This document shows positions 39,843 to 42,447 of a stretch of DNA of 42,447 nucleotides, piece after piece. Positions within the stretch are counted from its first letter, which is position 1, and each line of letters begins with the position of its first letter. The position numbers were made by a program, and so were the translations under genes. A model generated the notes under the pieces. The model saw nothing but the letters and a program-made list of their open reading frames with translations, had not been told where the DNA came from and made no database searches. This DNA is from Candidatus Nomurabacteria bacterium GW2011_GWA2_40_9 (GTDB taxonomy: Bacteria; Patescibacteriota; Minisyncoccia; Phycocordibacterales; UBA9973): positions 1 to 42,447 of the forward strand of contig LBZW01000001.1 of the NCBI GenBank assembly GCA_000993955.1. Direction: 5' to 3'.

Positions 39843-41204
39843 ATGCCAAAAAATTTACTCCAAGATATAAAGCCCATAAGGCGTACTACTAGTAGTAATA
39901 CTGTTCCGCTTACTTTACATAAAAAAGAAATAGTTAAAGAAATAAAAATAGAATCTTTAACAGAACCCAAAGAACAAACAAGAGAGGAAATTAGAAAAGA
40001 ATACGAAGCTGTAAATCAAAAAATTTTACAACAAGATGGTAGAGAAAACAAAAAAGGAGAGAAGGGGTCACATTATGCACTTTGGTTTGTGGCAGTTGTA
40101 GCTCTCACCTTTCTTATTTTTGCTGTGTCTTCTCTGTTCACTAAAGCTCGCGTTACTATAAATCCAAAAGTACAAGATTTTACATTAAATCAGACTTTTT
40201 CTGCCGTAAAAGATTCAAGCACTTCTGGTGTTTTGTCTTTTAATTTTATTTCACTTTCTGGAGAAGAAGAAAAGATTGTAAACACTGAAGAAGAAAAAGA
40301 TTATTCACAAAAAGCCAAAGGTACTATTGTACTTTATAATAATTTTAATACAACTCTTCAAAATCTCGCCATAGATACTCGTCTAGAAGGTTCAAACGGC
40401 AAGATTTACAAGACAGAGAAAGTCGTGACTATCCCAGGCATAAAAGACAGTAAACCAGGCAGTGTAGAAGTAGGGATATATGCAAACGAGCCCGGAGAAG
40501 CTTACAATACCTCACCAATAGATTTTAAAATTCTTGGTTTCAAAGGCTCTGCCAAATACGAAAAATTTTATGGTCGTAGCAAGGGGGATATCTCAGGTGG
40601 ACTAGTGGGCAAACTTCGTTTGGTAGGAGAAGAAAACAAGGCAAAGGCAATAGAAGAATTGAAAATGACTCTTCAAGATAAATTATTTAAAAAAGCAGTA
40701 GATCAGTTACCAGAAGGGTATATCTTATTCAAAGACGCTGTGATCTTCAAAATAGATGATGAGTCAGGAGGGGTAGCTGATGCTTCAAATCAAAATGAAG
40801 TTTCAGTAAAAATAAAAGGTACGCTGTATGGCTTCTTGTTTGAAGAGAAAAATCTAACAAAGAAAATAGTAGAAACAATAATTCCAAAATACGACGGAAG
40901 TGAAGTTTATATTCCAAACATAAAAGATTTTACGATCTCTCTATCTACTGGGAGCACAGTATTTAGTTTTTCAGATATAAAAAACATAAACTTTAATTTA
41001 TTTGGCACATCTTCTATGGTCTGGAATACTGATGAAGAGAAACTCAAGAGTGTTTTAGTCAACAAATCTAAAAAAGATTTTCAGCACATACTCTCACAGT
41101 ACCCAAACATAGATTCTGCTAGTCTGATACTCCGCCCTATCTGGAGGAGAGACATGCCGTCTGACACAGCAGATATAAAAATAATAGTAAATTACCCAGA
41201 ATAA
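39843..41204 (+). CDS. Membrane-anchored hypothetical protein (baseplate J-like domain possible)
   Basis: Single TM helix near aa 78-99, AKGTIVLYN, VTIPG, ANEPGEAYN, GDISGG. Confidence 0.55.
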   Translation: MPKNLLQDIKPIRRTTSSNTVPLTLHKKEIVKEIKIESLTEPKEQTREEIRKEYEAVNQKILQQDGRENKKGEKGSHYALWFVAVVALTFLIFAVSSLFTKARVTINPKVQDFTLNQTFSAVKDSSTSGVLSFNFISLSGEEEKIVNTEEEKDYSQKAKGTIVLYNNFNTTLQNLAIDTRLEGSNGKIYKTEKVVTIPGIKDSKPGSVEVGIYANEPGEAYNTSPIDFKILGFKGSAKYEKFYGRSKGDISGGLVGKLRLVGEENKAKAIEELKMTLQDKLFKKAVDQLPEGYILFKDAVIFKIDDESGGVADASNQNEVSVKIKGTLYGFLFEEKNLTKKIVETIIPKYDGSEVYIPNIKDFTISLSTGSTVFSFSDIKNINFNLFGTSSMVWNTDEEKLKSVLVNKSKKDFQHILSQYPNIDSASLILRPIWRRDMPSDTADIKIIVNYPE

Positions 41205-41242
41205 GCTTTTCTTACCTAAAGATAAGTTATAAACATAAAGAT

Positions 41243-42064
41243 ATGAGAAAAATCACGACAAAAGGAATACAAATAGCAGTTTTGCAAAAAGATAATGAAG
41301 ATTATATTTCATTGACAGATATGGCAAAATTTAAAGATGCTGAAGCCACTGGCATTGTTATTGCACATTGGTTATCTACAAAGTACACCATACAATTTAT
41401 GGGTTCCTGGGAGCAGATGTATAATTCTAATTTTAATGTTACTGAATTCGGTAACATTAGAAATGAAGCTGGTTCTAATGGTTTTATTCTCTCTTCTTCT
41501 AAATGGATACATAAAACTAATGCGATTGGTATAAAATCTACAACTGGTAGATATGGCGGAACTTTTGCTCACAAAGATATTGCTTTTGAATTTGCAACAT
41601 GGATTTCTCCAGAATTTAAACTCTACTTAATTAAAGAATTTCAAAGACTTAAAATTGAGGAAAACGATAGACTCGTTCTTGGCTGGGACGCAAAAAGAGC
41701 TCTTACTAAAATAAACTACAAAATACACACAGACTCTATAAAAGAAAATATTGTATTACCACAAAAGTTATCTATTAAAGAAGCTACTGTTGTGTATGCA
41801 AACGAAGCTGATGTTTTGAACATTGCTCTTTTTGGTATAACTACACAGAATTGGAAGACTAAAAATAAAAACAAAGAAGGTAATATGAGAGATTATTCTG
41901 ACGTGTATCAGCTTATTTGTCTTGCCAATCTTGAAACTTTAAATTCTGAATTTATAAAAATGGGCATGAGTCAGAAAGATAGACTGCTAAAATTAAACGG
42001 AATTGCAATTAGTCAAATGAAATCACTTTTAGTAAATAACACAGTCAAGAAACTTTTGAAATAA
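41243..42064 (+). CDS. KilA-N domain DNA-binding protein
   Basis: DYISLTDMAK, GRYGGTFAHKDIAFEFATWISPEFKLYLIKEFQRLK. Confidence 0.92.
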   Translation: MRKITTKGIQIAVLQKDNEDYISLTDMAKFKDAEATGIVIAHWLSTKYTIQFMGSWEQMYNSNFNVTEFGNIRNEAGSNGFILSSSKWIHKTNAIGIKSTTGRYGGTFAHKDIAFEFATWISPEFKLYLIKEFQRLKIEENDRLVLGWDAKRALTKINYKIHTDSIKENIVLPQKLSIKEATVVYANEADVLNIALFGITTQNWKTKNKNKEGNMRDYSDVYQLICLANLETLNSEFIKMGMSQKDRLLKLNGIAISQMKSLLVNNTVKKLLK

Positions 42065-42119
42065 ATTATCCGGAATAAATTATCTTGCAAAGCTTAAAGA
42101 TAAGTTATAATATATAGAT

Positions 42120-42344
42120 ATGAAAATAAGCTACGACAAAGAAGCAGATGCATTGAATATAGTCTTAAAAACAGGACAGGTAGACAAAACTGTAGAAATT
42201 TCATCTGAGATTTTTTTAGATTTAGATAAAAAAGGCAATCCACTTTACCTTGAAATCATAGGTGCAAGTGAAAAGACTGGCAAAAAAGATTTTGGCAAAA
42301 TTACAATAGGAAAGAAACTTATTAGCTTACCAGCGTTTGCATAA
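42120..42344 (+). CDS. DUF2283-family small protein
   Basis: MKISYDKEADALNI...LDLDKKG...LEIIGAS. Confidence 0.85.
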   Translation: MKISYDKEADALNIVLKTGQVDKTVEISSEIFLDLDKKGNPLYLEIIGASEKTGKKDFGKITIGKKLISLPAFA

Positions 42345-42362
42345 AATATTTGTTTATAATTC

Positions 42363-42447
42363 ATGAATTTAGAAATCAAAGGAGGTACCAATAGTAAAGA
42401 GAAAGTGCCAATTTCTCAGTATAATGGAGAAAAAACTAAACAATTCT
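42363..42447 (+). CDS. Possible 5' end of a gene running off the window
   Basis: ATG 42363, about 2 nt after a TATAAT; frame open to the edge (MNLEIKGGTNSKEKVP...). Confidence 0.35.
   Translation, partial: MNLEIKGGTNSKEKVPISQYNGEKTKQF

Noticed and set aside
39843..42344. Prophage (baseplate-like and KilA-N genes)
   Set aside because: No integrase, terminase, capsid or tail genes, and the baseplate-like protein is membrane-anchored.

Overview
This AT-rich window looks like a Patescibacteria/CPR chromosome segment, probably Parcubacteria; that is inferred from gene content and leaderless promoters. It opens with a 5'-truncated IS66 transposase fragment abutting a REP-associated tyrosine transposase (RAYT) flanked by inverted repeats. 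Housekeeping genes follow: mraZ-rsmH-ftsL-ftsI-murF, rmuC, obgE, gatB, fba, rplY, rpmE, prfA, a complete F1Fo ATP synthase operon, rsmI, a degenerate priA, mreB, holB-like, frr, rseP and cysS. There are also tRNA-Glu and tRNA-Ile and small accessory cassettes (PaaX/Cas2-like, DUF5678 plus retropepsin, HicB/IS30/MNT remnants, KilA-N, DUF2283). The most striking feature is about 30 short GC-rich palindromes from several distinct families. About 20 sit inside open reading frames of conserved genes (rsmH, murF, gatB, an FAD oxidoreductase, five atp-operon genes, priA, holB, cysS) and are translated as short peptide inserts, while related copies lie between genes. This resembles Rickettsia palindromic elements, with RAYT-type enzymes as candidate mobilisers. 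All product calls come from motif recognition by eye; no database searches were run.
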